From Lama guanicoe (taxonomy: Eukaryota): a DNA stretch of 64,000 bases. The DNA is taken from positions 62,001 to 126,000 of the forward strand of contig MU053166.1 in NCBI GenBank assembly GCA_013239625.1. Reading direction: 5' to 3'. Of this stretch, positions 1 through 13,250 are shown one piece after another; the stretch's first letter is position 1, and each line of letters opens with the position of its first letter. The translations under genes were made by a program, and so were the position numbers. Under the pieces are notes generated by a model that was not told the origin of the DNA, did no database searches, and saw nothing but the letters and a program-made list of their open reading frames with translations.

Positions 1-971
1 ATACATGGTGATGATGGTGAAAAGCTACCTCATGTTGCAAGCATGGCATGGAATTGTACTTTTCACAGTATTGGAATTTCAAAATTGTGTACAAAAATAT
101 TTGTCATGGATGACGTAATGGGAAGCAAAGCCTGCCATCTTAATAAGAGCTATATTGTAATGATATTGGAAACACTACACCCAAGGGATGGGAAAACAAA
201 GCAAAATGGAAGTTTTTGAATTGAGGTGTTAACTGGTGTTTCATCTGAGAGAGATGGAATTTTTACTTACTTTATTCCAAAATTCCCTACTTCAATTTTA
301 TTCTTCACTTGCTGACCTGTTTTCCATTAGTCTATTGCCAAAATGGGACATAATCACATATAACCCAATCAGACTGAGTCTTAAAATAGACAGACAAGAT
401 AAGGTCAAAGAAACAGCTGAGTTTAGAGTGTCTGCCCTCTGGATTTATATTATGGACTTTGAGAGATGAAAAAGCATTCTCTGGTTTAATGAATTGAGTA
501 TGATTTGATTCTCTATTGAATCACTGTGTGTCATTCAACCAGAAGTTCAACTTACTACTGCACCTGATTCCAGTTAAATTTTTTGAGACCCACAACTGGG
601 GAAATTTGAAGCTGCTACCATAAGAGTAAAAGCCAAAACACCTCCGGAGATTATTTTATGCAACATCACATCACCCTGTACAACTGAAAATGCTATCAAG
701 GACTATAAAGGTATTGTAATCTAGAAAATAATAATGGAAAATAGAAAAATAAAAGCAAACAGTTACTGCCCTATAATTTTTTAGTTGTGTGACCATCCTC
801 AGACACAGGGAAATCTAATGACAGAAGAAAAACAGCTTAGGCAAATTTTTCTATACTTCACATGCATACCTGTTAGTATCTGAACATATTCAAGGAGTGA
901 TTTTTGATATTATTTTTAGAAATAAGTGAAACTGAAAAATTCACATAAATGAACACAATAAGACCATCCAT

Positions 972-1244
972 TATTTTTTTATATTTCCTTCATATTTTTT
1001 CCTTTTTCAGTTTTATTAGGTAGAATTATTACAGTTTGCACATACACATTATATTGCATATAAATCCATATATACAGTATACTGTACTTTTTAAAAGTTT
1101 ACATATATGTACTGATTATTCTTTCTAAGAACAGATTAGACTTTTAGTTTTTTAAACGTACATAGTTATCAAAGGAATAAAGCCAACTACAAAATAAGAA
1201 TCAACAGAATGCAATAATCTAATCATAAAGGACAGTCAAATATG
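972..1244 (-). repeat. Unidentified retroposed segment, copy 1 (poly(A) tail and AATAAA on minus strand)
   Basis: T-rich tract 972-1007, TTTATT at 1012-1017; 1037-1244 aligns by eye with 17349-17554. Confidence 0.75.
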
Positions 1245-1944
1245 AGCCTCAGTTATTAATATCAAGCATCAATAATTACAGACAACAAGGACATCACATC
1301 ACTCTTCTGTATCTTCCATGTTTCTCCTTTAGTCTATTAAGATCTAATTTCTATTACAGTTAATCTTGACATGACCAAAGAATTGCTCAAAGTACGTGGC
1401 TGATGGATGCTCTAGGGACACAAAACCAGTTTAACTCTCTTTCCAAACCCTCACGTGAAGAGTATTTTTCATTCCTGCCTCCATGAGTACCATGGAATAA
1501 AATAAAATGTCACCGTTAGAGGCAGGATAACGTTTAAAATATATATTAGCATGTTTATTTCAGAGGACTGTGGATTTTGTTACTGCTTAAATCTAACTTT
1601 GGTGGTTTCAACTGTTTTCTCATGGTCAAAATAAGGTGGGACTTTACTGAGAAAAAGAGGAAAACCATTATGCCAAGAGCTAACGCACGTGAGTGTGACT
1701 TTCTATGGAAGAACATCTAACTACAGACCTAACCCCTCTGTTTTTCTTCAGTCATTTCTGAGCTCTGAATATAGTAAAGTGAGTAAGAATCCATTTTGGG
1801 ATGAAAAATGGCCTTTAAAATGAGTCACCTGTTCCTACTGATGACAAATTGAAGACATTTAAGCAAGTGCTGGCATTTCTGACTTTGGTGATTTGTGAAA
1901 TGCAAGGGATTTCTGTAACTTCTGAGGAAAGGTGCCTGATATCT

Positions 1945-2203
1945 CAGGGCCAATTTACCTGTTATACACAGTAGACGTAGTGCCTCACACTCAAAATCAT
2001 TTTAGGGGCTCACTAAAATGTTCTAATTTTTAAAAATTTCATTAGAAAAAAAAACTTTTAGGTGAAATAAAATGTTTTAATATGTAATGAAAGTGTATTT
2101 TATACCAATGCACTTGACAAATGTAATTTTAATATTTTTATGGAGAAAGGGGCCTATGAAGGCAAAAGTACACATGGCCCATGAAAGTCTTAACACGTCC
2201 CTG
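1945..2203. mobile_element. MER53-like hAT MITE
   Basis: CAGGG...CCCTG termini; internal ttttaggggctcactaaaatgtt and gaaggcaaaagt...ggcccatgaaagtc match my recollection of MER53. Confidence 0.7.
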
Positions 2204-3699
2204 CTCACTTCAGTCTATAAACGTAATGAAAGAGGTGGGGAGAGAAAAAGAATACATTGTGTGCAATGGTTTAATATGAGGCTTTTTAGATTCTGGACAT
2301 TCCAAAAATAAATTTCAGCCAATTTATCAATCATTCATGGAATGGGTTCTAATTTCCTTCAAGCTGAAGTGACAGCTATGATGTGACGATGTCCCATATG
2401 TTTCCATTGGAGGCCAAACACTGTTCTTTGCTGCATTCCGGTGACAGTTGCCATTCTGTGTGGTCCTGTGTCATCAGTCAGTTACTCATTCAAGACAGCA
2501 CGAGTTCTCGTCTTTACCCTTCCAGACTGGATGGTCTGTGATGATATGATTCTGCCACAGTGTGTTGCTCAAATCTTTATCTGAATGCAGCACCTGGTCC
2601 CTCTTCAATATTTTATGGAACAGAAAACTCATGAATGAAGACACAGTAACTACCACTTGCACGTGCCAAAATACTTTCTGATATATTTATAGACACCTGT
2701 GCATGGATTTCTGCAAGAGAGTTGTTGGTACTCTGCTTTTGAGGGCAGAACTTTGAACTGGGCTGGAGAAAACCTGATTTTCCCTAGTTATCCCTTTGTT
2801 TCTGACTCTGAGCAAGAGATGTGCTCCATCTTGGACTTCGTCTGTTCAATAAAAAGAAAAATGGACTGACTTCTAGGATCCTTTTTAGCCCTAAATGTTA
2901 GTAATTCCATAAAGCTTTTCTGTTGGTCTCTAGCACGTCTTTATATGATGTTCACTTGCAGTGCTGGAGATCTGCACCACTAATCAGCAGCGGCTAGAAT
3001 CTCCTACTGACAATGAGTCCTTTAAATTGTCCAGACATTTATAACGAGCATCACTTCCAGGCTGTAGCATACTTGGCCGGGTTCCAGGAGACTCTTTTAT
3101 AGTTGCAATATGTCAAATTTCCACAGCTTGTATTTATGGGAAGGTTAGATATTATCATCCTGAATAAGGACTGGAGTCTGAGCTGACTTGATCTTAATCC
3201 GTGAGGCTTCATGGAAGTCAAGCTGACTTCTCTGATTTGCTTTTGCCTTTTGGTTTGCCAGGAAAGAGAAGAATTCAGGGGATGTCTGTCAGCTTTTTAA
3301 TGAGGAAAATTGTTAGCTATTTATAGCATTTGCTTGGTGCTGGCTTGTCTGTGATTTCAATTGCTTACCAGTTTAATGATATATACCCAGATCTGAGTAT
3401 CTTGTAAAGTAATCATAAGATCTTCACCATATTGTAAATGTGGTAAAGATTGAAAAAATAATTTGCATTTTTATACTTTTACACTGGCTTAATGTAAACT
3501 ATCATATATAATTAATAATATGCAAGTAACATTAATTAATAATGACATAATTAATATATAATATATTAAGTATATTTTTGTTTAGTTTTGAAAAGTACAC
3601 AGCTTAAGTTAATATATTTGTGTATAATAGCATTTATTGTAAGCTAAACAGAAGTATTTTTTTTTATTGAAAAAGAAGTTCCTGAATCATTGTTAAAGA

Positions 3700-4790
3700 A
3701 AAAAAAATATATACCCTAATATACTAGCTAAATCTTCTGGTTCAATGATCAATAGAAAAAAAATGATACTGGATCATCTTTATCTTACTCCCAACCTCAG
3801 GGAAGAATATTCAATATTTCATCATTAAGTAAGTTGTTAGCAGTCAGTGTTCTGTAAATCTATTTGTTAGAATTGAGGTAGTTGATGTAGTTCCCTTATT
3901 CCTACTTTGCTAAGTGTTTTAACAATGAAGGATTGTTCACATTTATCAAATGATTTTTCTGCATTTAATAAGATAATTGGAGGGAGGGTATAGCTCAGGG
4001 GTAGAGTGTGTGCTTAGCATGCACGAGGTCCTGGGTTCAATCCCCAGTACCTCCATTAAACAAGCAAATTAACAAATAAACCTACTTACCTCCCTTGCAA
4101 AAAAAAAAAACACTTTAAAAATAATCAGATAATTATAACAATAATCAGATAATTATAACTTTTCATTGTTTTCTGATGTTTTGAATTGTATTGACTACTT
4201 TTTGATGCCCTGTTTTCACACCTAGCATCGTATATAAACTATCTATATTGTCATCTAAAGCCAGTTTCTGAAACTATCCTATCTTGCCTACTCAAGACCC
4301 CTTTGTGGCAAAATTCTGACTAGATGGTGTCTCTGTTCATGGCGTCTGATTTTTGTGTTTCCATTTATCAACATTTTTTTAAAGAAAATATTCAAGCAGA
4401 GAGAGAGTTTGAAAGGACTGTACAGTGAAATAATGTGTACATATAATCTAGTTTTTTCAGTTAGTCTTTTATTATCTTTTCTTTACCATATCTATCTTGT
4501 CTCTGCATTAATCTTTCTGTTTGTCTTTTATATGAGGCGTGTTGAATTAAATTGCAATCATCAGTACACTTCACCGTAGATACTTCAGCATATATATGAT
4601 CAGAGGTTTCCTGTTTTTTCTCTGGAGGAGAAGATTACAGATTGTTTTTCCTTTGTAAGTGGCTGGGAAAATCCTCTGAAGTCATCCAAGTTTTGAGCTT
4701 TCTTTGTGGGAAAGTTTTCATTTACTGATTAAATATTTTCAAATAGACATTGGACTACACTTACATGTTCCATTTTCTCTTGATTTATGT
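3700..4790 (-). mobile_element. Old L1 ORF2 fragments, interrupted by a SINE
   Basis: Decayed antisense L1 phrases, e.g. tattcctactttgctaagtgtttt and tttatcaaatgattttttctgcat. Confidence 0.55.
3979..4110 (+). mobile_element. tRNA-derived SINE (camelid Vic-1 type)
   Basis: gggagggtatagctcaggggtagag (A box) ... ggttcaatccc (B box), tRNA-unrelated tail, A-run; agataatt recurs on both flanks (possible TSD). Confidence 0.85.
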
Positions 4791-4849
4791 ATAATTACAA
4801 ATTTCTATTTAAATTATAAAACTTTAAACATAAACTTATAAATAAAATA

Positions 4850-5720
4850 TTTAAAAAAATAAAATTTTAAGATACATGTACATTCACAAGAGGTTGTAAG
4901 GGATAATGCAGAGTGATCCTGTATATCCTTCATTCACTTTAATGGCAATACATTGTAAAACTGTATTATAGTGTTGCAACCAAGAAATTGAGATTGTTAC
5001 AATCACTGATCTTATTCAGATTTTATAAATTCTTTCACGAACTCATTGTGTGTGTATGTGTATAGTTGACCCTTGAACAGCATAGGGGTTAGAGGAAGCA
5101 ACCCTCTGCTTAGTCACAAATCAAAGTATAACTTGCAGTTGGCCCTCAGAATCCTTAGTTCCTCATTCAAAGGTTCAGCCAACCTCAGATGGTATAGTAC
5201 TATAATGCTTACTATTAGAAAAACTTCAAGAATAAGTGGACATGCGCAGTTTAATCCCACATTGTTCAAGGGTCACGTATATGTAGTTCTGTGCTTTCAC
5301 ATGACATGTATAGATTCATGTGGACACAACCACAGTGAAGGCACAGAATGGTTCCATCATCCCTCATGCTACCCTTTTATGGAAACAGCTGCCTCTTTTC
5401 CTTTTCCCTTAACCCCTGAAAACCACTAATCTGTCCTCCCTGTTACCGTTTTGTCATTTCCAGAATGTTGTATCAGTGGAATCATACAATATGTTACCTT
5501 CTGGAATTGACTTTTTCTCATTAAGCATATTTCTTTTGATACAAGTTGTTGGATGTATCAATAACCTGTTCCCTTTTTTGGTTGATAAATATTCTAAGGT
5601 ATATATATAAATAACATAGTTTAACTATTCACTCTTTGATAGACATTTAGGTTGCTTCTAGTTTGGGGCTGTTATGAATAAAGCTGCTATAATTATCTCT
5701 GTAAGGTTCTGATGTGAACA
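4850..5720 (-). mobile_element. Old L1 3' region (L1M type)
   Basis: Antisense L1 3' motifs: gtggaatcatacaatatg, gacatttaggttgcttctagtttggggct...aaagctgctat. Confidence 0.7.
5063..5277. mobile_element. Tigger2-family MITE (TcMar) nested in L1
   Basis: Terminal inverted repeats agttgacccttgaaca / tgttcaagggtcac; TA on both sides. Confidence 0.8.
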
Positions 5721-6166
5721 TAAGTTCCTCTCTAACTTGTACCATAATTTCACCTATTAACGAGTTATTGCCAATAGTAAATAATATTTTTATATTCTCC
5801 TCTCAAACGTCCTCTTTAAAATCCCCAAGTCCCTCTAGCTCTTGGCTCATTTCTCTGTTCCTCTATCATATGGGAAATTACCTGGAGGCAATGGTAGCTT
5901 CCAAGGACACCACTATGCAAGCTCTCCCAGAGGTCATAGAAGAGAAATGCTCAAAGGACAACTTAAAATGCTTTAAGCATTTCGTTTATTAAATTAATAT
6001 AAAATACACTGTGAGAACCAAAAGAAAGCTTTGGGATAAGCTAAAAAATTTAGGATAAAATATAAACAGGGTAGAAGACATATACCCTCTGACTCTTGGG
6101 TTACACGATGGTCCTATCTCCCTTGTCTCTCTTTTGCTTATCTCATTAAAATACAGCCCACTGAAA

Positions 6167-6296
6167 GGGGGAGAGCGGAGCTCAGCGGCAGAGCCCTGCT
6201 CAGCGTGCACGAAGTCCTGGGTTCAATCCCCAGCACCGCCATCAGAAATCAATAAGCCTAATTACCTCCCCCTCCCCCCCAAAAAAAGACAAAAAA
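6167..6296 (+). mobile_element. tRNA-derived SINE (Vic-1 type), copy 2
   Basis: gggggagagcggagctcagcggcagag...cctgggttcaatccccagcacc; same tail (cctaattacctcccc) as the copy at 3979; A-rich end. Confidence 0.85.
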
Positions 6297-6339
6297 GGAA
6301 TTTTTAAAATGTGCAAAATCTATAAGACAGCTCAAAAAA

Positions 6340-6900
6340 AATTAAAATACAACAATCTGGAAGCTACCCTTAATCTCTCTCTTTCACCACCCATATCCAA
6401 GCTTGTAGTATCTGCACTCAGAATGAATCCTGACTGTGAACACTCCTCACCTCTCCCTCTGCCACTCCATTCGATGCCTCAGTGCCACAGCCAACTTTCT
6501 CTTTCAAGGCTTGTGCGGTGTTAGCTTGAAACATTTCATAGGAATTGGTTTCTCCATAAATCTTGCAGAGCTATCTTTGAACAATGAAACTTCTTAAAAT
6601 CTTCTGTTAGCTTCCAGGCACAGGTGAAGCCTTCACAGTCTGGACCCTCCTTGCCTGTTGGACGTTTTTAAGTCTCTTTTCTGACCACTCCTCAAACGGT
6701 TCCACTGTATCCCAGGGACAGTTCCCTCGCTCTCCCGGTCCTCCGACTGGAAAGCTCTTCTACCTGTTAGTCCCAAGGGTTCTCTCCTCGCTTACGTGTG
6801 GGCGTAAGTCTCGCTTCCACAAAGACTGTTTTCCTGGCCCCCTTGTTGAAAAGAGCCAGATTTCTCCTCAACACATATCATTCCCTATCCTCTTTTCTAC
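6340..6900 (+). mobile_element. L2 remnant
   Basis: Pyrimidine-rich L2-like phrases (ctctctttcaccacccatatccaa, ctggaaagctcttctacc). Confidence 0.5.
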
Positions 6901-7721
6901 CATGTTTTCTTTATAAAACTCAGAATTTCCTAAACTTTCAGAAATATGAACATACACACGTTGATATACTCACATTATATACACATATTTTATATACACG
7001 TTGTACATATATGTGTTAATGTGTGTTATGTATCTACATATATCTTTTTTTCCTCTCTGAAAACTGATTTTATTCTTTCCTTTAACAATTCAATTCTTAA
7101 ACAGGAGAAGCTAGATTAGTGACTGACATAAAATGGACATTGACTACATATGGGTAAAATGTATGAATGAATGTGAACAGCCAACCTAGGATAATCTGGG
7201 CCTTTCATAGTTCAGTCTTCTCTTGCCTTTTTTTTAAAATTACCCCATAAATTATGTCCTTGGTAAAGTATAGCTTGTACCAAAGTACACATAAAGCTCT
7301 TGATGTTTCTGAAATTTTTCAAATGCTGTGAAAGCTCAGGTAAAAGACATTAAAGCACTGAGGAACACACTTATGCTGTGGAATCTGATACCTGTCACAG
7401 GGCTTCCAAATCTCTCCTCCATGCCTGTTAATTCTGTTGAATTGTATTGCAGTTAATATAATGTTTTTTGGTTCATTATCTTAATCTCCAAAATAATCCT
7501 TTGCAATAAGAAATATGATTTTTTTATATCCTTTCTTATAAACAGATTTGGGGTGATTAAGTGAGCTACTCAACAATATATAATTAGTCAGGGAACTAGG
7601 ATTTGAGTTCCAAATTCTGTAGTCATTCAAATATACTACATTGTCTTGTCAAAATATGCTAACATGTAGGAAATAAAATTTTTGGTATTTCAACTCAATA
7701 ACAGTATAAAATTTTAAAAAA

Positions 7722-9905
7722 TAATAGCAGAATTTCCTTCTTGTTTACAGATTAATAGTATTCCATTATGTGAAACACACACACACACACACACACACGT
7801 ACCACATCTTTGTCCATATACCCATTGATAGTCACATACTTTGATTCTATATCCTGGCTATTGTGCATAATGTTGCAGTGAACATGGGATTGCAGATACT
7901 TTTTCAATATCCCATTTTTATTTCCTTTGTATACAGACAAAGAATTGGGCTTGCTGGATAGTATGGTAGTTCTGTTTTAATTATTTAGGAATTTCCATAC
8001 TGTTTTCCATAGTTGCTGTACTGATTTACATTCCCACTAACAATGCCCAAGGATTCCTTTTTCTCCACGTCCTTACTAACACTTGTCTCTTTTTGATCTT
8101 TGCTATTCTAATAGGTGATATTGTGCTTTTTTTTTTTTTTTGCTGATGATTAATGAGGTTGAATACTTTTTCATGTACCTGTTGGCCATTTATATGTCTT
8201 TTTTGGAAAGATGTCTATTCAGTTCCTCTGCCAATTCTTTAATTGGATTTTTTATTATCGAGTTGTTTGAATTAAAAAATATTTTGAATATTAATGCTTT
8301 ATTAGATACATATCTTGCAGATACTTTCTCCCATCTTGGAGGTTGACTTTTCATTTTGTTGTTTGTTTCCTTTGCAGAGTAAAAGCCTTTTAGTTTGACG
8401 TAGGTCCACTGGTTGATTTTTGCTTTTATTGCCTGTACTTTTGGTGTCATATCCAGAAAAATTGTTGCCAAGATCAGTGTCAGGTAGTGTTTTCCTCTGT
8501 TTTCTTCTGGGAGTTTTATGGTTTCAGTTACAGTGTTTAAGTCTTTAATCCACATTGAGTTAATTTTTGTGTGTTGTGTGATAGGGGTCTGATTTCATTT
8601 TTCTGCGTGTGGCCATTCAGTTTTCTGAGCACCATTTACCGAAGACACTATCCTTTCTTCATTGAGTATTTTGCCTCCGTATTCAAATATTAGTTGAACA
8701 CATATGCCTGTTAATTTTTATTATCTTCTGTGTGCCTGTGCCTCTTTTTATGCCAGTGTCATCCTTTTTTTTATTGAGTTATAGTCATTTTACAATCCTG
8801 TGTCAATTTCCAGTGTAGCGCACAATTATCCAGTTATATATGAACATACATATATTCATCGTCACATTCTTTTTCTCTGTGAGCTACGACAAGACCTTGT
8901 ATCTATTTCCCTGTGCTAGCCATCCTGTTTTGATTACTATAACTTAGTAGTTTAATTTCAAATTTCGAAGTATGATACCTCCAGCCTTGTTCTTTTCTCT
9001 CAAGATGACTTTGATTGTTCATGGACTTTGCATTTTCAATGCCAACTTTAGGATTTTTTTTTCTTTTTCTGTAACTGAAATTTTGATAGGAATTGCATTG
9101 AATTTATAGATCACTTTGAATAGTACAGACATTTTAACAGTATTAATGCTTCTGATCCATGAACATGGAAAACTATCAATTTGTTTGTGGCCTCTTCAAT
9201 TTTTTTTTTATCAAAGTCTTGTACTTTTCAGCGTACAGATCTTTCATCTCCTTGGTTAGATTTATTCCTAAGAATTTAATTCTTTTCACTGCCATTGTGA
9301 ATGAGATTGTTTTAAATTTTTTTCCAGATATTTCACTGTTACTGTACAGAAACACAACTAATATGAATGTTGACTTTGTATCTAGCAACTTTACTAAATT
9401 TGTTGATTAATTCTAACAGTATTTGTGGTGCAGTCTCTTAAGAGTTATTACGTATTAAGATCATATAATCTGAAAAAAGGCAGTTTTACTTCTTCCTTCC
9501 AATGGGGATGGCTTTTCTTTTTTCTTCCTTCCCTCCCTCCCTCCCTGCCTGCTTCCTCCATCCCTTCCTTTCTTCCTTCCTATCTATGCACTTTTCATAC
9601 ACAGCTGCTATTATGTTGATGTTCATTCCGTCTATATGTGATTTTTTGAGAATTTTTATCATGAAAGAGTGTTGAATTTTGTCATATGCATTTTCTTCCT
9701 TTGAGTTTATCATGTGACTTCATTTTTCATTCTGTTAATGTGGCATATCTCATTTATTGATTTACATATGTTGAACCACTAACTTCCTAGGAATAAATCC
9801 AGTTTGGCCATGATTATGATTCTTTTAATATGCTGTTGAATTTGATTTGCTAATATTTTCTTGAGAATGCTTACATCTCAATTCATAAGGAATATTGACC
9901 TAATG
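7722..9905 (-). mobile_element. L1 ORF2 3' half (degraded)
   Basis: Minus-strand ORFs 8190-8555 (WIKDLN...HLSKKDI), 9176-9388 ([16 protein letters not shown]) and 9486-9713 (AYDKIQHSFMIK) are L1 ORF2 motifs. Confidence 0.9.
8765..8918 (-). mobile_element. Young L1 3' end inserted into older L1
   Basis: Poly-T then ttattgagttatagtc...ccctgtgcta; flanked by gtcatcctttt / gccatcctgttt (imperfect TSD). Confidence 0.8.
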
Positions 9906-9919
9906 TTTCATCATCCTGT

Positions 9920-10842
9920 CTAATCATGTAGGGTGCAAGTGTATAGGCCTGTGGCGACACCAGGTCCAGGGAAGCAGTATGTCTTCTGGCTCAGGTCACT
10001 GGGCTCCATGGCACTGACAACTGTGTGGGTCTTGGAGAGCATCTGGGCACCCATACTGACTGCAAGGGCTGTTGGTTTCCACAGCGGCTCTTCCAGGTCC
10101 AGTGGCTAGGGACCAGGGCACAGAACAGTGGTGGCCGGAGCCACCGCTGTGCACGTGCCCTGCTGCGGAAGCCAGCTGCAGGTCCCTGTGTAGTAGCAGG
10201 GGCTGGTTACAGACATACACACACGTAGTGGCAGGGGCAGGGCAGGCCGCAAGGGCTGGAGCGCACGGCAGGCACGCTGGTAGTGAACACAAATATCTGC
10301 GGGGTGAAAGCTGGTAAAATGTGCAGGATCCAGAGACACTCTTTTGGCCTTTGGTTTATTCGGTGGTGAAAGCTGCTGTGTTTGTCTGCAGAACAGGTCA
10401 CTGTGAACTGTAGCCGCTCCTGCCGTGGGGCCACCATGGGTAGCCCCTGCTTCTCTTCCTTTTTTCTAGCCCCCTCAGCTTTGCCTCTCTGCGTGAAGTG
10501 AAACTGAAGCAGGACTTTCTTACGATGTCCCGGATGGCAGAGGAGGCTGCTTACTCATCTTGCTCTTCCTTTCCTAGTAAGGGGCGCTCTTCCTCGCTGG
10601 GGCGTTCCCTGTGCACAGCAGTGCCGGCTTGGGGGATAGAGCGAGGCAGGCACAGTGAAGCTGTCTTGCGTGTTATGCAGTTATTCTCAGGTTTCTTAGT
10701 TCCACTGTGTTGCCGAAATTTCTCAAGTGTATTCCAGAGCTCTCCCAGAGCTGTTTTTGTTTGTGGATTGCTGCCTAATTGTTGCTCTCTTGGGAGGACA
10801 AGACAGGGTGTTGTACACTGCCATTTGAGTGATGTCACTCTC
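9920..10842 (-). mobile_element. Probable L1 5'UTR (GC-rich)
   Basis: GC/CpG-rich block whose minus strand starts gagagtgacatcactcaaatggc, resembling L1 5' starts with a YY1-type ATGGC core; abuts the ORF2 fragment in the same orientation. Confidence 0.6.
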
Positions 10843-11189
10843 CTATCATTATCTATTTTTTTTTTCATTCCAGCTCCTGTACTGTTTCCAGGGAGAGTTT
10901 TAAAAAATTAAACACTTATAACTGATGTCTCTTTATCTGTAATACTTGCGAATTTCTTTTTCTATTCCTCCTCCCTCCCTCCCTTGTTTCTTCCTTCCTT
11001 CCAGTCAGTGAGAGCAGTGATCTCGTCTGCACTCTTCAGTGCTCCATTCCAGACACTTAGCACATAGCTAGGTTCTTAACAATATTTGTTGACATAATAG
11101 GTAAATATTATTCATTTTCTGTATATCCCACGAGTACATATCTTTCAAGTCTTTAACGATGCTCATAAATTCTTAACTCTCTGAGGATG

Positions 11190-12600
11190 ATTTGACTTCA
11201 GTATTGTAAATTCGTTGCCCTGTGTCATCTTCTAGGAATGTTACGGTTCAAGATTTAATGTTTAGGTCTGTGATGTGCCCTTAACGTTTATATGGAGTGA
11301 CTGGTTGAGGTTCTATTTCCTTCTCATTTAAATTTCAATGTTTTGTAATGTGAAAATACTTTACCCAATGAATTAACTTGCCACCTTAGTTGAAAATTAC
11401 ACATGTATATCTGACCATCATCTGTTGAATTATTCAGTTTTTAGACCCATATGGCACTGTCTTGATGACTGTAGTTTTACAGTATGTCTTGAAATCAGGC
11501 AGTTCAAGTTCTCTAACATTGCACCTGTTTATCAAGATGACTTAGGCAACTTTAATTTTTGTATGCCTGTAATACAAAATCAGCTTGTTGATTTCCATAC
11601 TATATTCTGCTGTGATTTTGAGCAAAATCCACACTGAATTTAGTATAGGTCAATTTGGGGAGAATGGATATCTTAATATTAGTCTTCCAACACATTAACA
11701 TGTCTTATCTTTTTCTTAAGTCTTCTTTAATGTCTCATATCAAGGTTTGTATTTTGCTATTTTGCAATAATTTTTGTTAGATTTATTCTTAGATATTTGA
11801 TGTTATTTGATAATTTTATAAGTGATATTGCTCTATTTCATTTCCACTTGTCTCATCTAATATATAGAAAAACAATTGATTTTTTGCATATTGACCTAAT
11901 TATTTCTAGCATATATTTTGTAGTTTGAATAGCCTTTTCTTTTACACAATGTCATTGCTCATAGGCATAGTTTAACTTTTCCTTTTAATCTCTGTGCCTT
12001 TCAGTTAATTATCTTGTAGGCCAGTGTTAAATGGGTTTGAGTAACTGATATTCTTGGCTTGATTTTGATCTTTGGGAAAGTGTTCAGTGTGTCACCATTA
12101 AGTATATATTACTTGTTGCTGTTTTGTTGCTGATATTTACCAGACTGGGGAGATTCTCTTATATCTTAGTTTGCTGAGAATATTTTCTTTAAGACCATGA
12201 ATGCACATTGGATTTGTCAAATGCTTTTTATGTATCTGTTGAGGTGAGCATACAGTTTTTTTCCCTTTACTCTGTTAATGCCATGAATTACTTTGATTGC
12301 TTTTCAAATGTTAAACTAACCTTGTATTCTGGAGAGGAGATCCAACTGGTCATGATGTAATATAATTTTATATTGTTAGGTTGAATTTATTAATATTTTA
12401 TTAATGATATTTTGTGATTATACTCTCAAGGGATATTAGCCTCTAAGTTTTGCTTTTAGTACATTCATAATATTTAGGTGAAAGGCTTATACTTACCTCA
12501 CAGAATAGATTGAAGAGTGTTCTCTATTTCCTAAAAATATTTGACTGGTATTATTTTTTATTTAATGTTTGAATTAAACTACTTCAAAGTTTATACCTAA
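11190..12600 (-). mobile_element. Old L1 ORF2 fragment
   Basis: Antisense L1 phrases: gtcttgatgactgtagttttacagtatgtcttgaaatcagg, caatttggggagaatggatatctt, ttgtcaaatgctttttatgtatctgttgag. Confidence 0.75.
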
Positions 12601-12669
12601 TACCATCTAATACATCTTTTTATCCATCTCCCAGCTCAAACTGAATCTTTACTCTGGGTCCTTGTGGAA

Positions 12670-13250
12670 AATGTCTGTTGTTGACTTGTACTATTCTGTT
12701 TACTGTAACTTAGTTTGTAAATAACCATCTGGGATGTATCTTTACCTCAGTTTTGGCTTTCATGAACCCGAGTAATCTTAGTAGCCCCTTCCACCATAGG
12801 ATCCAAGGTTATGTCTTATATATTCCCTTTCCTCTCCCTCTTTGATCTAGCACCTGGTACATGATTCAGACATGGTGAGTGAGATTCATATGTCCTGTAT
12901 TTAACTTCTTGAGCGGGTGAAACAAAGGTCAGACTCAGACTGTGATTTTGTCTATGATTGTAGCTGAGTGGAGAGTCTCCTTGTGCCTTTAAAAGTACTG
13001 AGAGTACAAAGTGTCTACACTGGGTCCAGAGCCGACCACTGATGGACATGGTGTCGGCAGGGGCAGCACCTTGAGATTGCTCCTGGGCAGCAGACTGATG
13101 GAGACGAGCACTTTTTGGATCCTGACACAGGTTGATTTTGTAGATTTTCTCTGAATTCTGTAATCTACCAGAGTCCTTTACAACTGATTTCTCTTGGGCC
13201 TATTCAGAATCAACGTCTGCTCTTTGCAACCTCAGTCCTCTGGTGATATT
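12670..13250 (+). mobile_element. Possible old ERVL-type solo LTR
   Basis: The end ...tctgctctttgcaacctcagtcctctggtgata resembles ERVL LTR 3' ends; the body is not confidently recognised. Confidence 0.3.

Noticed and set aside
3979..4055. tRNA-Ala-like gene (also at 6167)
   Set aside because: The acceptor stem is not intact, and a shared non-tRNA tail and A-run follow; these are SINEs.
9996..10911. Overlapping ORFs on both strands
   Set aside because: Stop-poor GC-rich sequence, probably L1 5'UTR; no protein similarity recognised.
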